NCBI GenBank assembly: GCA_964474825.1
Contig: CAYYWQ010000001.1
Location: 741,609-805,608 of the forward strand
Source: an uncultured Candidatus Saccharibacteria bacterium
GTDB taxonomy: Bacteria; Patescibacteriota; Doudnabacteria; UBA920
Reading direction: 5' to 3'
DNA length: 64,000 nucleotides
Shown: piece after piece, positions 27,152 through 37,498 of the stretch
Layout: each line of letters starts with the position of its first letter
Position numbering within the stretch: position 1 is the first letter of the stretch
Translations under genes and position numbers: made by a program
Notes under the pieces: model-generated
What the model saw: the letters and a program-made list of their open reading frames with translations, nothing else
The model's database searches: none
Told to the model about the DNA's origin: nothing

Positions 27152-28559
27152 TTGTGAATTGTCCTATAACAAATAATGCGGCAATTAAAACCGCGAAAGC
27201 CGCGGTCTGCCATGCCGATGAAAACTTAGAGAGCTTTCCGGAAGAAAAACAATAATCCGCAACCAGCAAAAAAAGAATTGCGGCAAAAGCGGTAAAAAGG
27301 GAATTAAAATACTGGCTTATAAAAGGCGCTAAGGCCGCGAAATTATAGCCATTGGAGAATATTTGGCGAAAAATATACCCTGCGTCGCTAAGCGAACCTG
27401 CGCGGAAAAAAATCCAGGCCGCGCAAATTGTTATAAAGGTGAGCAGTACTTGAACCGCCCCCCGAAAGCCATAAAATTTATTAAACCCGGTCCATTTCCA
27501 CAAATTGCCGCGTATACCCTCTGTGGCTGCAGACAAAATCAGCAAAAAGCCAAGGAGCGCCCCCCATACTACGTAAGTCCAATTTGCCCCATGCCACAAT
27601 CCGCTAATTAAAAACACGGCTAAGATATTCAAGCCCCAGCGCCATTTTGGCACGCGGCTGCCGCCCAAAGGAAAATATATATAATCACGGAACCAGCTGG
27701 ACAGGGAAATATGCCAGCGCCGCCAAAATTCACTTATGGATTTGGAAAAATAAGGCGTGTCAAAATTCACCATTAATTCAAAACCCAAAGTCCGGGCAAG
27801 TCCCCTGGCCATGTCTGAATAACCGGAAAAATCACAATAGATCTGGAAGGCAAAGAAAAAAGCGGCCAAAATAAAATACGGGCCCGAATAAGAAAGCGCG
27901 TTATTGAATATTTGGTTAACAAAAAAAGCCACGCGGTCGGCTATGACCATTTTTTTAAACAAGCCCCAAACAACCAGCCTCATTCCGCTCATAAAATTAT
28001 CCAGTTCAAACTTATGCTTTTCATAAAACTGGTGAAGCAGGTGCTGGGGGCGCTCAATCGGGCCGGCCACCAGCTGGGGGTAAAACATAACATAAAGAGC
28101 GAAAATGCCGAAATGCCGTTCAGCCTTTTGGTTACCGCGGTAGACCTCTATAATATAGCTTAAGCTTTGGAATGTATGGAAAGAAAGCCCAATGGGCAAA
28201 ACCAGGGACAAGGTTTTAAGCGAATAATTCCAATGCAAAAACTGGGCAAGGGCCGTAAGGTTAGTGCTGAAAAAATTAAAATACTTAAATAAAAAAAGGA
28301 CACCAATGTTAGACAGGATGCTTAAAATTAAAAAATACCGTTTATTCTTACCTTTAAGTTTTTCAATCCAAATACCCGCAAAATAATCTATGGTAATGGT
28401 AAGGGCAAGGATTAAGATGTATTTGGGCACAAAGCCCATGTAAAAATAGCAGCTGGCCAGCAGCAGCCAGGCCCAGCGGAAACGGTATCCCAGGAAATAA
28501 TAGACGCCCGTAACAATAGGGAAAAAAACGAAAAGAAAAAAAATGGAATTAAACAGCAT
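27123..28559 (-). CDS. MBOAT family O-acyltransferase (AlgI/DltB-like)
   Basis: MLFNS, LPIGLSFHTFQ, PQLVAGPIER, DFSGYSD, FWRRWHISLS, SGLWHGA and FIYFQF motifs. Confidence 0.93.
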   Translation of the reverse strand: MLFNSIFFLFVFFPIVTGVYYFLGYRFRWAWLLLASCYFYMGFVPKYILILALTITIDYFAGIWIEKLKGKNKRYFLILSILSNIGVLFLFKYFNFFSTNLTALAQFLHWNYSLKTLSLVLPIGLSFHTFQSLSYIIEVYRGNQKAERHFGIFALYVMFYPQLVAGPIERPQHLLHQFYEKHKFELDNFMSGMRLVVWGLFKKMVIADRVAFFVNQIFNNALSYSGPYFILAAFFFAFQIYCDFSGYSDMARGLARTLGFELMVNFDTPYFSKSISEFWRRWHISLSSWFRDYIYFPLGGSRVPKWRWGLNILAVFLISGLWHGANWTYVVWGALLGFLLILSAATEGIRGNLWKWTGFNKFYGFRGAVQVLLTFITICAAWIFFRAGSLSDAGYIFRQIFSNGYNFAALAPFISQYFNSLFTAFAAILFLLVADYCFSSGKLSKFSSAWQTAAFAVLIAALFVIGQFTNAPFIYFQF

Positions 28560-28648
28560 GGATTTCAGGCTTAGCTTTCAAGCGCTTTGCAAATGTTTAT
28601 TTAGTGAAACAGGACCGGACCAAAGCTTGTGGTGATTAAATAAAACGT

Positions 28649-29326
28649 TCATATGTTTGCCACTTTCTCGTAAAATGTTTTATAAAATCCTTCCGGGTCA
28701 GAACCTACCAATAAATAAGGAATACCCGCGGCAGTTGCCGCTTGGCCTTCGCATTCCTGCCGGTCGCCAATAACTAAAGTTTGTTCTTTGTTTACTCCCA
28801 AACTTTCTAAGGCCAGTAAAAATCCGGCAGGATCCGGCTTAAACTTGTTAATTGCAGGGTCTGTAGAGGAAAAAACCGCGTCTGCCTGTAAATTCAGGGC
28901 TTTTAATTTTTCTTCTGCCGGGTAGTCTGAAACAACGGCAATCTTAATCCCTTTTTGCCTTAAAATTAAAAATAATTCCGAAACTCCGCTAAAACGGCAT
29001 TGTGCTAAATATTTTAAAGGCCGGACATGCATCCACTCCTCTACGGCTTGTTTAACCGCCTGGGCTGAGACATTTAAAGAACTTGCCGGCCATTCATACT
29101 GAGCTTGCTCCAAATTAGGCACGTTCAATGCGCGGTTTTTTTCGCGAAGCCTGCGAAACTTGTAAACCATTAAAAGTTCAGAAATTTTTTGCGGATGGAG
29201 GAAAAAATATTTCAGCAGGTCCCAAAACATTTTACTGCGCATTTTTTTTAAGTCATACAAAGTGCCGTCTACGTCAAAAATTACGGCTTTAATATTTTGT
29301 AAGTCTGCCCCAAAATCTTTTTCCAT
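28649..29326 (-). CDS. HAD family hydrolase
   Basis: FDVDGTLYD, VVSD, KPDP and IGDR motifs. Confidence 0.87.
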   Translation of the reverse strand: MEKDFGADLQNIKAVIFDVDGTLYDLKKMRSKMFWDLLKYFFLHPQKISELLMVYKFRRLREKNRALNVPNLEQAQYEWPASSLNVSAQAVKQAVEEWMHVRPLKYLAQCRFSGVSELFLILRQKGIKIAVVSDYPAEEKLKALNLQADAVFSSTDPAINKFKPDPAGFLLALESLGVNKEQTLVIGDRQECEGQAATAAGIPYLLVGSDPEGFYKTFYEKVANI

Positions 29327-29328
29327 AA

Positions 29329-30261
29329 TTAACTATGGCTGACAAATGAGTTGGTTAAAAACCAGCGCAAGGTTGGCCATTCTACAAAAAATAAAGCCGC
29401 GGCAACAACAATGGTAAAAATTACAAAAGCCATAAATGCCTTTTGTTTGTAAAGCTGTTCCGGGCGCTGGGCTGCCGAGTCCTCGCCCATGCCAATACGC
29501 AAGTACCAGGCAAACATTAATGCGAACAGCGGTAAACTCAGGAGCAGCTCTATGCGGTACTTTATCATGAACACGCCAAAGAAAAAGGCAAAGCACATAG
29601 CGTAAAATAAAATCGAGATGAGCAGGTTTTCTTCGGTATAAAACAAAAATGAACGGCGGTAAAGCGCGGCAGTTGCCTTGTCCGCAATAAGGCGGATTTC
29701 CGCGTAACGCTTAACAGCCATTAAAAACGCGCCACCCATCCAGTAAGCGACAACAAGGCTGGAAGGCGGCAATGGCAAAGCCGTAACTATAAACCACCCC
29801 AGGAGCAAACGAATAGGGTTGTTTATAGACTCGGTCAATACATCTAAATAAGCCTTGTCTTTGGTGCGGACGGGTTTTATGTTGTAAGCCGCACCCATAA
29901 CTAAAAGAAACAGCGCGACTAAAAAAAACTCCAAAGAAACTAACCAGGAAAGTCCTAAGCCGAGGAGTGACAGCAATAAATATTGCAACCGAACTCCCAT
30001 GGCAGAAATATGACCCTGCACGCTGGGCCTGTGTTTTTTTAAAGGATGGTGCTGGTCAAATTCCGCGTCCAGCCATTCGTTAATTGTGTAGTTGGCCGAA
30101 GTAATTAAGCAGACCGCCACTACCCCTAAAACAAAATCCGGCAGTATTCCCTGCCAGGGTTTGTGGGTTAGCAGCAAAGCCAAAACCGTGCCTGGTAAAA
30201 TAAAAACATTCTTAAACCAATGGCTCGGACGGGCAATAGCAACGTAGTGTTTTAGTGGCAT
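29329..30261 (-). CDS. UbiA family prenyltransferase (polyprenyl-phosphate phosphoribosyltransferase-like)
   Basis: ARPSHWFKN, NYTINEWLDAEFDQHHPLKKHRP and KR..E motifs; polytopic. Confidence 0.85.
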   Translation of the reverse strand: MPLKHYVAIARPSHWFKNVFILPGTVLALLLTHKPWQGILPDFVLGVVAVCLITSANYTINEWLDAEFDQHHPLKKHRPSVQGHISAMGVRLQYLLLSLLGLGLSWLVSLEFFLVALFLLVMGAAYNIKPVRTKDKAYLDVLTESINNPIRLLLGWFIVTALPLPPSSLVVAYWMGGAFLMAVKRYAEIRLIADKATAALYRRSFLFYTEENLLISILFYAMCFAFFFGVFMIKYRIELLLSLPLFALMFAWYLRIGMGEDSAAQRPEQLYKQKAFMAFVIFTIVVAAALFFVEWPTLRWFLTNSFVSHS

Positions 30262-30327
30262 TTATAATCAAATTACACTATAAATATACCATAATGCCCT
30301 GCTATTGGCCATTACCGATAATGCAAA

Positions 30328-31206
30328 TTATTCACTTATCTTTTTAAAAACCATGAACATGGAATCCCCTAAGTTTAGCGGAACAGTCCATTTGGCTAAA
30401 AATTTGGGGGCAGGCAAGCGCAAAAATTTTGGCAAATAAGTATTTATTCTTTTAAGTAAATAATCCCCGGCAAAATACCATTTGGCGCGGCCTTGATACA
30501 AAGGCTTAAGTCCGGCTTTGCTTGCGGCGAGCTTTAAAGTTTTTTTGTTAAAGTAACCAATATGCGCCACGCGGAAATGCCACCAGCGGAAACCTAAAAT
30601 TTTTGGCACCAGCGCCCCTACGTCCGGAGTTATAACTGCAATTATTCCGTTTGGCTTGAGGGCTTTAGCCATGTCGCCCAAAAGCCCAACAGGATCACTA
30701 ACATGTTCTATAACATCTATTAAAGTTATTACGTCAAAGGGTCCAGGCAAATCCGCATGAGGGAAAATACCAAGTGACACCGGTAATTTTTGCTCCAAAG
30801 CTTTTTGCTGCAGCCACTTGGACGGCTCCACGCCTTTTGCCGCAAAACCCATTTTTAAGGCCTGCTCCACTAAAATTCCGCTACCGGCCCCAATGTCCAG
30901 CAAGCTGCCCGAGCCTTTATATTTTTTTACTACTGCCAAAATCTTTTTTGCCTGAAGCCCCCGTTCGCTTCGGTTTTGTTCGTAGCCTGGGTCTTCCAAG
31001 TTTTCGTAAAAATTTAAAACGTCGTTTAAACTGGTGCACAGAATAAAGCCGCAGGCTTGGCATTTGGCCAGCTCCCCTGTTACGCCGTATGTGCTGTCGG
31101 TTATGGCAAAAGCCTGGCTACTAACTTTGCCCGCAATATTGCTAGGTTTTATAATTTTTAAATTATTACTTTGGCAGAGCCAGCATTTAGTGTCTGATGT
31201 TTGCAT
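30328..31206 (-). CDS. Class I SAM-dependent methyltransferase with N-terminal Zn ribbon
   Basis: CWLC...CQACG, LLDIGAGSG, DVIEHV and HIGYF motifs. Confidence 0.88.
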   Translation of the reverse strand: MQTSDTKCWLCQSNNLKIIKPSNIAGKVSSQAFAITDSTYGVTGELAKCQACGFILCTSLNDVLNFYENLEDPGYEQNRSERGLQAKKILAVVKKYKGSGSLLDIGAGSGILVEQALKMGFAAKGVEPSKWLQQKALEQKLPVSLGIFPHADLPGPFDVITLIDVIEHVSDPVGLLGDMAKALKPNGIIAVITPDVGALVPKILGFRWWHFRVAHIGYFNKKTLKLAASKAGLKPLYQGRAKWYFAGDYLLKRINTYLPKFLRLPAPKFLAKWTVPLNLGDSMFMVFKKISE

Positions 31207-31212
31207 TGTAAA

Positions 31213-33129
31213 CTATTGTTTAGTGGCTAAATCTAAAACAAAAATCTTCCCGTCGTCATAAATTCTTTTTCTGGTTTTACCAAGCTCAAACATATTGTCC
31301 TGGAAATCCACCGTGAACTTGGCTTCACTGCGGATCCAGGCATTCATGGTTGGAGCCAGGCGAATAGCCATTTCTTCTTTAGGGAATGCAGATTGGTTGG
31401 CGTAAGCATAAGCAAAATAACGCACGGAATGACTAACCAAATAATCCGACAAAGCTTCAGGCCCCTTAAAAGCCGGCATGCCCGGAGGCAGGCTGGCACT
31501 GCCGGGATAATCAAAAATGTAAACCTGGTTACGGTTAAAATTGAGCAAAAAAGGTTTTTCCAAACGTTCGCCCAAAATTGCGCCCGCAGGCACAGATTCC
31601 TGCAAGGCTTTGGTAACTTGTAGCTCTTCCGCGGAAACCGAAGGAGTGTTATGCAGCGAGTCCGCGACCGCGGTAATTGTAAATTTTACCCTGCCAAAAA
31701 ATTCTCCCAAAGCCGCGCCCATTAAAATTCCCACAAGCACATAGGCAAAAGTTTTCATTTTAATTTCCGGAAAAATTGAAGTATATGAATCGCCGTGTTT
31801 CAAAAGTTCAATTAGCACGGCAATTATAGCGGAAAAAAGAAAAGCAAAAGTGTAACGGTAAACCCCGTAACCTCCGGTGGAAAACGAGGCTATAGCCACC
31901 GCGGCAACAGTAACGCCCAATATTAATTTAAGGCGGTTATGCCTGGCTTTAGGCGGACGAGAAGTAAAAGAATAAAATAATCCGAATGCCAAAACAAAAA
32001 ACAAATAGTTAATTAGCTGAAAGCCTAAAGTTAAAATAGTGGTAGGATTTAAATCTTGGTAGCCGTTTAAATAACCCGGGTAAGCAGAACCATGAAAGCC
32101 TTTTCCTAAAATTGGATAGAGTAATGTTCCGGAAGAAGCCAACATAGAAAACATAAACGGCAAAAGCAAAACTAAGGCCAGTGCTCCGGCAATTGCCGCT
32201 TGCTTTATTACTTTGCCGGAATTACTACTTTGGCGCGCTAAATTAAAATAATATGCGGTTACTAAAATAACAGTAAAAGGAATTAAAGAAGACTTAAGGG
32301 TAATTATAACGAACGCGAGCAGACCAATACTTATAGTGCGACCAATTTCTGAATATCCGGAATGGTTTTCCCAAAAAAACAGCACACGGATTAAACTTAA
32401 AATTATTGCCATTGCCAAAACTACGCTGGTAATATTTACGGTGGAAGCGCCAACCAATAAGCAGGTAAAAACCAGCCAGGCACCAACTCGGCGGGAAATA
32501 GTGCTCTCCTTAAGCCAGCCAATTAGCACCAGTAAAAAAATTATAAGACCAACGCCCTGGTCTATTAAAGCCAGGTTGTTCCAGGAAAAAGGGAATAAAA
32601 CAAAAATGTCCAAAAAAATCTGGCCGCCCAGGGAGTTAACCACTCGGCGCTCGCTAAACGGGTCTATGCCAAAATTTCCGGTTTGCGCGGTTTTTCCCAC
32701 AAGCGCAAAATATCCCTGGAAATCGTCTTGCCCGTTATAACTATAATGCGTAGGCGAAACCGATTGGCAATACTTTATTAAAAACAAAGAAAAAACCGCC
32801 AGGAGCGCAAACGCGAACAACTTGTCTTTTCTTAAGAGTCCAAACCCCTGCGTAACCGCTAAAACAGATTTTTTGCCATCCCAAACCAGAAAACCTAAAA
32901 ATAAAATCAATCCCAAAACAATAAAAGCATAAATACCCGTAGGCACAATGGCATGAAAAATATTTAACACTCCCCCAAAAGCCACAGCAGCAGCTACCCC
33001 GAGCGCAGCCTTTGTCCCTGCATCAACCTGCCTTTGGCGCAACAACTTTGCCAAAGCACCACCCCAACCAATAAAAGAAAGCACTAATACAAAACCCCAA
33101 CCAAACACCAACCAATAACCTTGTGTCAT
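31213..33129 (-). CDS. Polytopic membrane protein, possible GT-C glycosyltransferase
   Basis: Many TM helices, a DD pair in the first large loop (NGQDDFQGY), soluble C-terminal domain. Confidence 0.6.
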   Translation of the reverse strand: MTQGYWLVFGWGFVLVLSFIGWGGALAKLLRQRQVDAGTKAALGVAAAVAFGGVLNIFHAIVPTGIYAFIVLGLILFLGFLVWDGKKSVLAVTQGFGLLRKDKLFAFALLAVFSLFLIKYCQSVSPTHYSYNGQDDFQGYFALVGKTAQTGNFGIDPFSERRVVNSLGGQIFLDIFVLFPFSWNNLALIDQGVGLIIFLLVLIGWLKESTISRRVGAWLVFTCLLVGASTVNITSVVLAMAIILSLIRVLFFWENHSGYSEIGRTISIGLLAFVIITLKSSLIPFTVILVTAYYFNLARQSSNSGKVIKQAAIAGALALVLLLPFMFSMLASSGTLLYPILGKGFHGSAYPGYLNGYQDLNPTTILTLGFQLINYLFFVLAFGLFYSFTSRPPKARHNRLKLILGVTVAAVAIASFSTGGYGVYRYTFAFLFSAIIAVLIELLKHGDSYTSIFPEIKMKTFAYVLVGILMGAALGEFFGRVKFTITAVADSLHNTPSVSAEELQVTKALQESVPAGAILGERLEKPFLLNFNRNQVYIFDYPGSASLPPGMPAFKGPEALSDYLVSHSVRYFAYAYANQSAFPKEEMAIRLAPTMNAWIRSEAKFTVDFQDNMFELGKTRKRIYDDGKIFVLDLATKQ

Positions 33130-33138
33130 AAAAAGATT

Positions 33139-34077
33139 TTATTGATAAATAATTTCAAAAGCTTTACAAATATTTATTAATTTATTCATATACGTTTGGC
33201 TTTTCACAATCTCCTGCTGGCGGGTAACTATGTTTATGTAGTCATTTTTAGATAAAGATAATACTTTATCAGCAAGTTCTAATATACTATCGCCACCAAT
33301 ATTACAGCCCACAAATAATTCTTCAAATTTTTTTACGTTAGAAAAACCGAGTTGGCCGTAGGAAATATTTTTAAACATTCGGCAGGGCAAATAGTTGTTC
33401 TCGGCTTGCCAGCGGCCGACTATGGCAGGAGCTAAACGGGAGTGACGGATTAGGACTTTATTTAACCATACAGGAATAAACCGCAAAGCCCAAAAGCGCA
33501 GACCGTGGGCTTTTAAAGCTTGTTTAAGCTCGTTTATTTCATTCATATTACCTTGGTTTAAGGCATTATCCCAAACGCTGCCTATAAAGAAAACATTTTT
33601 ATTGGTGTTATAAACTGGTTTGCCAAACTCCCACGGCAGTAAATTTGTTCCCCAGGGCTGGTATAAAGTTTGGGTATTTTTGTTAAAAAAAGTTACGGCA
33701 TCCCATTTCTCCCCTGATTTTTCCGCCGCATTCGTGTAAACCTGCAAATTCAATAAATATTTACGGTCAATTTTTTCCAAAACATTTGCCGGAAAATTAT
33801 GTAAACAATAAAACACGCCCGGTTTAATTGGCAAAAAACATTCACTCACGCCCCTGCCGGAAACAAAAGCAGAAATAACCAAATCTCCGGCCTCAATTAA
33901 ATTGGCCTGACTAGAATTATAATCTGCCCAAACTACCTCAGTCCCTAAACGCTTCAGCGTTTGGTAAAAGCCCGCGTGAATGTAGCGATGGGTATGGTAC
34001 TGGCGTCTCAGCCCCCAAATTACCACTTTGCGGTATTTGGAAATATGATTTTTAAAAACTTCCAGGGAGTTGTCCAT
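33139..34077 (-). CDS. Hypothetical protein, glycosyltransferase-like
   Basis: HTHRYIH, PWGTNLLP and YLPCRMFKNISYG motifs (CgeB-like GT-B C-terminus); in the operon. Confidence 0.6.
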   Translation of the reverse strand: MDNSLEVFKNHISKYRKVVIWGLRRQYHTHRYIHAGFYQTLKRLGTEVVWADYNSSQANLIEAGDLVISAFVSGRGVSECFLPIKPGVFYCLHNFPANVLEKIDRKYLLNLQVYTNAAEKSGEKWDAVTFFNKNTQTLYQPWGTNLLPWEFGKPVYNTNKNVFFIGSVWDNALNQGNMNEINELKQALKAHGLRFWALRFIPVWLNKVLIRHSRLAPAIVGRWQAENNYLPCRMFKNISYGQLGFSNVKKFEELFVGCNIGGDSILELADKVLSLSKNDYINIVTRQQEIVKSQTYMNKLINICKAFEIIYQ

Positions 34078-34084
34078 AAAATTA

Positions 34085-34891
34085 CTATTCTATCCAATTA
34101 CCGCGCCCTAGTTTAAACAGTTTATTCAGCGGCTTAAAAATTACTGCGTTAATGAAACGCTCAAAAGTGTATTCCTTACTGTAGTTCTGGAATATTTTTT
34201 GAATTTCTGCGTTGGCTCTTTCCGCGAATAAATTAGAGATTGTATTAGGGTGAGTGCGATAAAAAGACAATGCCTGGCCAGTAAAAACCACTTTAACTTT
34301 TTTAAAAACCCTAAACCAGTATTCGTAATCCATAACATTCTTATACTCCTCGCTAAAACCGCCGTAGCGATTAAACACGCTTTTAGCAACATAAGTGGAA
34401 GGGTGTGGAATACCGTTGGTAAAAAACAGAAAATTTTTGTAAAACTTCTTTTGTAAAAAACGGCGGAATTTATTTTTCGGCCAAATAAGCTGTGGACCAT
34501 TGGCTCCGGTAAACATACAATCACCCACTACTATTTCCGCTTTTGTTGTTTCAAAAATATTTTTAACTTTTAAAAGCGTGCTGCTCTCAAATAAATAATC
34601 ATCGCTATGCAGGCAAAGAATAACCTGCCCTTTAGCCTGGCTAATGCCAAAATTCATAGCCTGGGCTATTCCTTTTGCGGGCTGCTCAAAGACCCTAACC
34701 TGCTCAGGAGATTGCGTCTGATATTTTTTTATAATCTCAATAGTGCCGTCGCTGGAAGTTGCGTCCACAAAAATATGTTCAAAACCGCGAAAATTTTGCT
34801 CCTGCAAAGACTTAATATTGTCTTGCAAAAACTCCGCGCTATTGTAAGTGCAGGTAATAATACTAAAAAAAGGTTGCTTGGATGAGTTCAT
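34085..34891 (-). CDS. Glycosyltransferase family 2 (WcaE-like; start MNSSKQ)
   Basis: FSIITCTYN, SSDGT, LHSDD, HPS and MDYE motifs. Confidence 0.9.
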   Translation of the reverse strand: MNSSKQPFFSIITCTYNSAEFLQDNIKSLQEQNFRGFEHIFVDATSSDGTIEIIKKYQTQSPEQVRVFEQPAKGIAQAMNFGISQAKGQVILCLHSDDYLFESSTLLKVKNIFETTKAEIVVGDCMFTGANGPQLIWPKNKFRRFLQKKFYKNFLFFTNGIPHPSTYVAKSVFNRYGGFSEEYKNVMDYEYWFRVFKKVKVVFTGQALSFYRTHPNTISNLFAERANAEIQKIFQNYSKEYTFERFINAVIFKPLNKLFKLGRGNWIE

Positions 34892-34898
34892 AAATCTT

Positions 34899-36029
34899 TT
34901 ATGGCCTGACAATAAAATCACTTTCCCGGTTTTTTAAAAGTTCCTTTAGACTTTTTTGGTCAACATACTGACTAAGGGTTTTTTCGCGCTCTGCCATATT
35001 TATTAAAATGCGCAAATAAGTTACGTCGCTGCCATGAAAACCGTCTATAGCTTCTTTGTCACTGGAGCCCACACTGCTAATGTTAGTAAAATCAAAAAAT
35101 GGGTAATTATAACTTTGGAAAATTGGAAACAGCTCTTTAGGCAGCTTTTCTATATAACCATACTTACCGCTCTCTTCCATTTTTTCTAGAGCAACTTGTG
35201 CGTAAGGCGGCAGGAAAGCTACCACATAAACATCCTTTTCTTTAGTGTACCTTAACAAACTTTTAAGCGCCACCAGGGCGTTTTGATTAACTTCCTCGCC
35301 ATATTCAAACTTGGCCGTGCCCGCGTTAATTCTTTCTACAATGTTTTCAAATCTGGAGGGGCTCGGATTTTTAATTTCTTTGGTGTATAAATAACTGCCG
35401 TCCGGCAAATAGCCGTCGCCATTTACTATTGCCTGGAGCCCAATTGCGCTGCCTTTGTAGGAAAAAATGGTTTTTAAATTTACTTTTCCTTTTACTATGT
35501 CCGAAAGCGCGTCATAAAGCATGTTTTGATGGTGGTTGGGGTAAGTGTCTGCGAAAGAATGCGGCGTTAAAAAAGATTTGCTGGCAACAAAATTCGCGGG
35601 AGGAGTCCTCATATTGTCCCAGTTGGCGTTAAAGGAATACTGGTCTAATCCCACAATAACCACTTTTGGTTTTTGTTCATCCGGTATTCCGCGCAAAAAA
35701 GCTTCAAAATTAACAATTTTTGCAACTGCGCCCCCGGCATTGTAAAAAGGCTCGGTAAAAAAATAGTCGCGGAATTGCATAACCCGTGAAGAACCCAAGG
35801 CCAAAATTTGGGGTCTTAGTTTTACAGTAGTTAAAAATTTATACTGGGGATTAGGTTCACTGTAAGCCAGCCCAACCAAGCTGTGGTCTTTTTGCTGCCT
35901 CTCTATAACTGCATCCAGGGACAATAGCTCCCCGCTTTTATAGAGCAGAAGCAAAGGCAATAATACCAAAACCGCAACAGGTAGCCACAAAAGAAAACTT
36001 TTAACAAATAATTTTGAATTAGCAGTCAT
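34899..36029 (-). CDS. SGNH/DltD-like membrane-anchored protein
   Basis: N-terminal TM; LGSSR, YNAG and DGFH motifs; directly after an MBOAT gene. Confidence 0.7.
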   Translation of the reverse strand: MTANSKLFVKSFLLWLPVAVLVLLPLLLLYKSGELLSLDAVIERQQKDHSLVGLAYSEPNPQYKFLTTVKLRPQILALGSSRVMQFRDYFFTEPFYNAGGAVAKIVNFEAFLRGIPDEQKPKVVIVGLDQYSFNANWDNMRTPPANFVASKSFLTPHSFADTYPNHHQNMLYDALSDIVKGKVNLKTIFSYKGSAIGLQAIVNGDGYLPDGSYLYTKEIKNPSPSRFENIVERINAGTAKFEYGEEVNQNALVALKSLLRYTKEKDVYVVAFLPPYAQVALEKMEESGKYGYIEKLPKELFPIFQSYNYPFFDFTNISSVGSSDKEAIDGFHGSDVTYLRILINMAEREKTLSQYVDQKSLKELLKNRESDFIVRP

Positions 36030-36031
36030 GT

Positions 36032-37498
36032 TTAAAATTGAAAATAAATAAAGCTGCTCTGGCTAAACACGCCATAAAATATTATGGCCAAAACTAAGGC
36101 GTAATAAACTCCCCAGCGGACCCAATATGGCTTTTTGGAAAAATTTTCCAAAAAATTTGGTGACAGCTGCCAGTAGTCCACAGCCAGAAGTAAAATTATA
36201 GACGCAAAAATAATTTTAGTATCTAATGGCCCTAATACTCCGTAACTAGGCAATAAAGTCTTAAGTTGGCTAAAATTAAACACTGCTTTCCAATTGGTAA
36301 AAAGATGTGTAGCAATATACCAGGCGTCGCTCAAACTTTCCGCCCTAAATAGAATCCAGGCAAAACAGGTTAGAGAAAAAGTCACAAAAACTTTCCACAA
36401 GTTATAAAGTTTAGGGTATTTTATTATTCCAATAAAAGCGGCAATTTTTCCCCTAATATTTTTTGTCCAAATAGAAAAGACCAAATAAAAACCGTTTAAG
36501 ACACCCCAAATTACGTAAGTCCAGCTGGCGCCGTGCCACAGTCCGCTTATTAAAAAAGTCAGCATTAAATTAAACTGCCAGCGGGACTTCCCTACTCGGT
36601 TGCCGCCCAAGGGAATGTAAACATAATCCCTAAACCAGGTAGAAAGTGAAATATGCCAGCGCGTCCAAAATTCGGCGATAGATTTAGAAAAATAAGGGCT
36701 GTCAAAATTTTTCATAAGCCTAAAGCCCATAACCTGGGCCGCTCCTAGGGCAATGTCGGAATAGCCGGAAAAGTCGGCGTAAATCTGGATGGCAAAAAAT
36801 ACAGTGGCCAAAAGTAGAGGCAGTCCCTCATGCCCTTGGGGAAAAGAGTAAACCGAGTTAAGAGCTATGGCCAACCTATCGGCAATTATTACCTTTTTAA
36901 ACAAACCCCAAGCCATTTTTTTCAGACCCTCTGTAACATTGTAATAATCAAAATTATGTTTTTCGTAAAATTGATGGAGCAAATTCTGCGGCCGCTCTAT
37001 TGGCCCGGCCACTAACTGTGGGTAAAACATAACGTAAAGAGCGTAAATGCCAAAATTGCGCTCGGCTTTTTGCTTGCCGCGGTAAACCTCTATTACATAA
37101 CTTAGGCTTTGGAAAGTGTGAAAAGAAAGACCTACCGGTAAAATTATGCTTAATGCCTTAACAGAATAATTCCAGTGAAGCAGGGAGGCAATAGCGGTAA
37201 AATTGGCGTTGAAAAAATTAAAATATTTAAAAACAAAAAGTATTAAACATGTAGACACAATACTTACTATTAGCCAAACTTTTTTTCTTCTGCCTCTGGA
37301 CTCTTCTATGTAAATACCCGCAATGTAATCTACAACAATTGTAGCTGCCAAAATTAATATGTAGGCCGGAATAAGAGCCATATAAAAAATACAGTTGGCA
37401 ACTAAAAGCAGCAGCCAGCGGTATTTATGCGGCAAAATAAAATACAGAGCAGTAACTACCGGGAAAAATATAAGAAACTCTACGGAATTAAAAAGCAT
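36032..37498 (-). CDS. MBOAT family O-acyltransferase (second copy)
   Basis: Same AlgI/DltB motifs as 27123..28559, with long identical stretches. Confidence 0.93.
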   Translation of the reverse strand: MLFNSVEFLIFFPVVTALYFILPHKYRWLLLLVANCIFYMALIPAYILILAATIVVDYIAGIYIEESRGRRKKVWLIVSIVSTCLILFVFKYFNFFNANFTAIASLLHWNYSVKALSIILPVGLSFHTFQSLSYVIEVYRGKQKAERNFGIYALYVMFYPQLVAGPIERPQNLLHQFYEKHNFDYYNVTEGLKKMAWGLFKKVIIADRLAIALNSVYSFPQGHEGLPLLLATVFFAIQIYADFSGYSDIALGAAQVMGFRLMKNFDSPYFSKSIAEFWTRWHISLSTWFRDYVYIPLGGNRVGKSRWQFNLMLTFLISGLWHGASWTYVIWGVLNGFYLVFSIWTKNIRGKIAAFIGIIKYPKLYNLWKVFVTFSLTCFAWILFRAESLSDAWYIATHLFTNWKAVFNFSQLKTLLPSYGVLGPLDTKIIFASIILLLAVDYWQLSPNFLENFSKKPYWVRWGVYYALVLAIIFYGVFSQSSFIYFQF

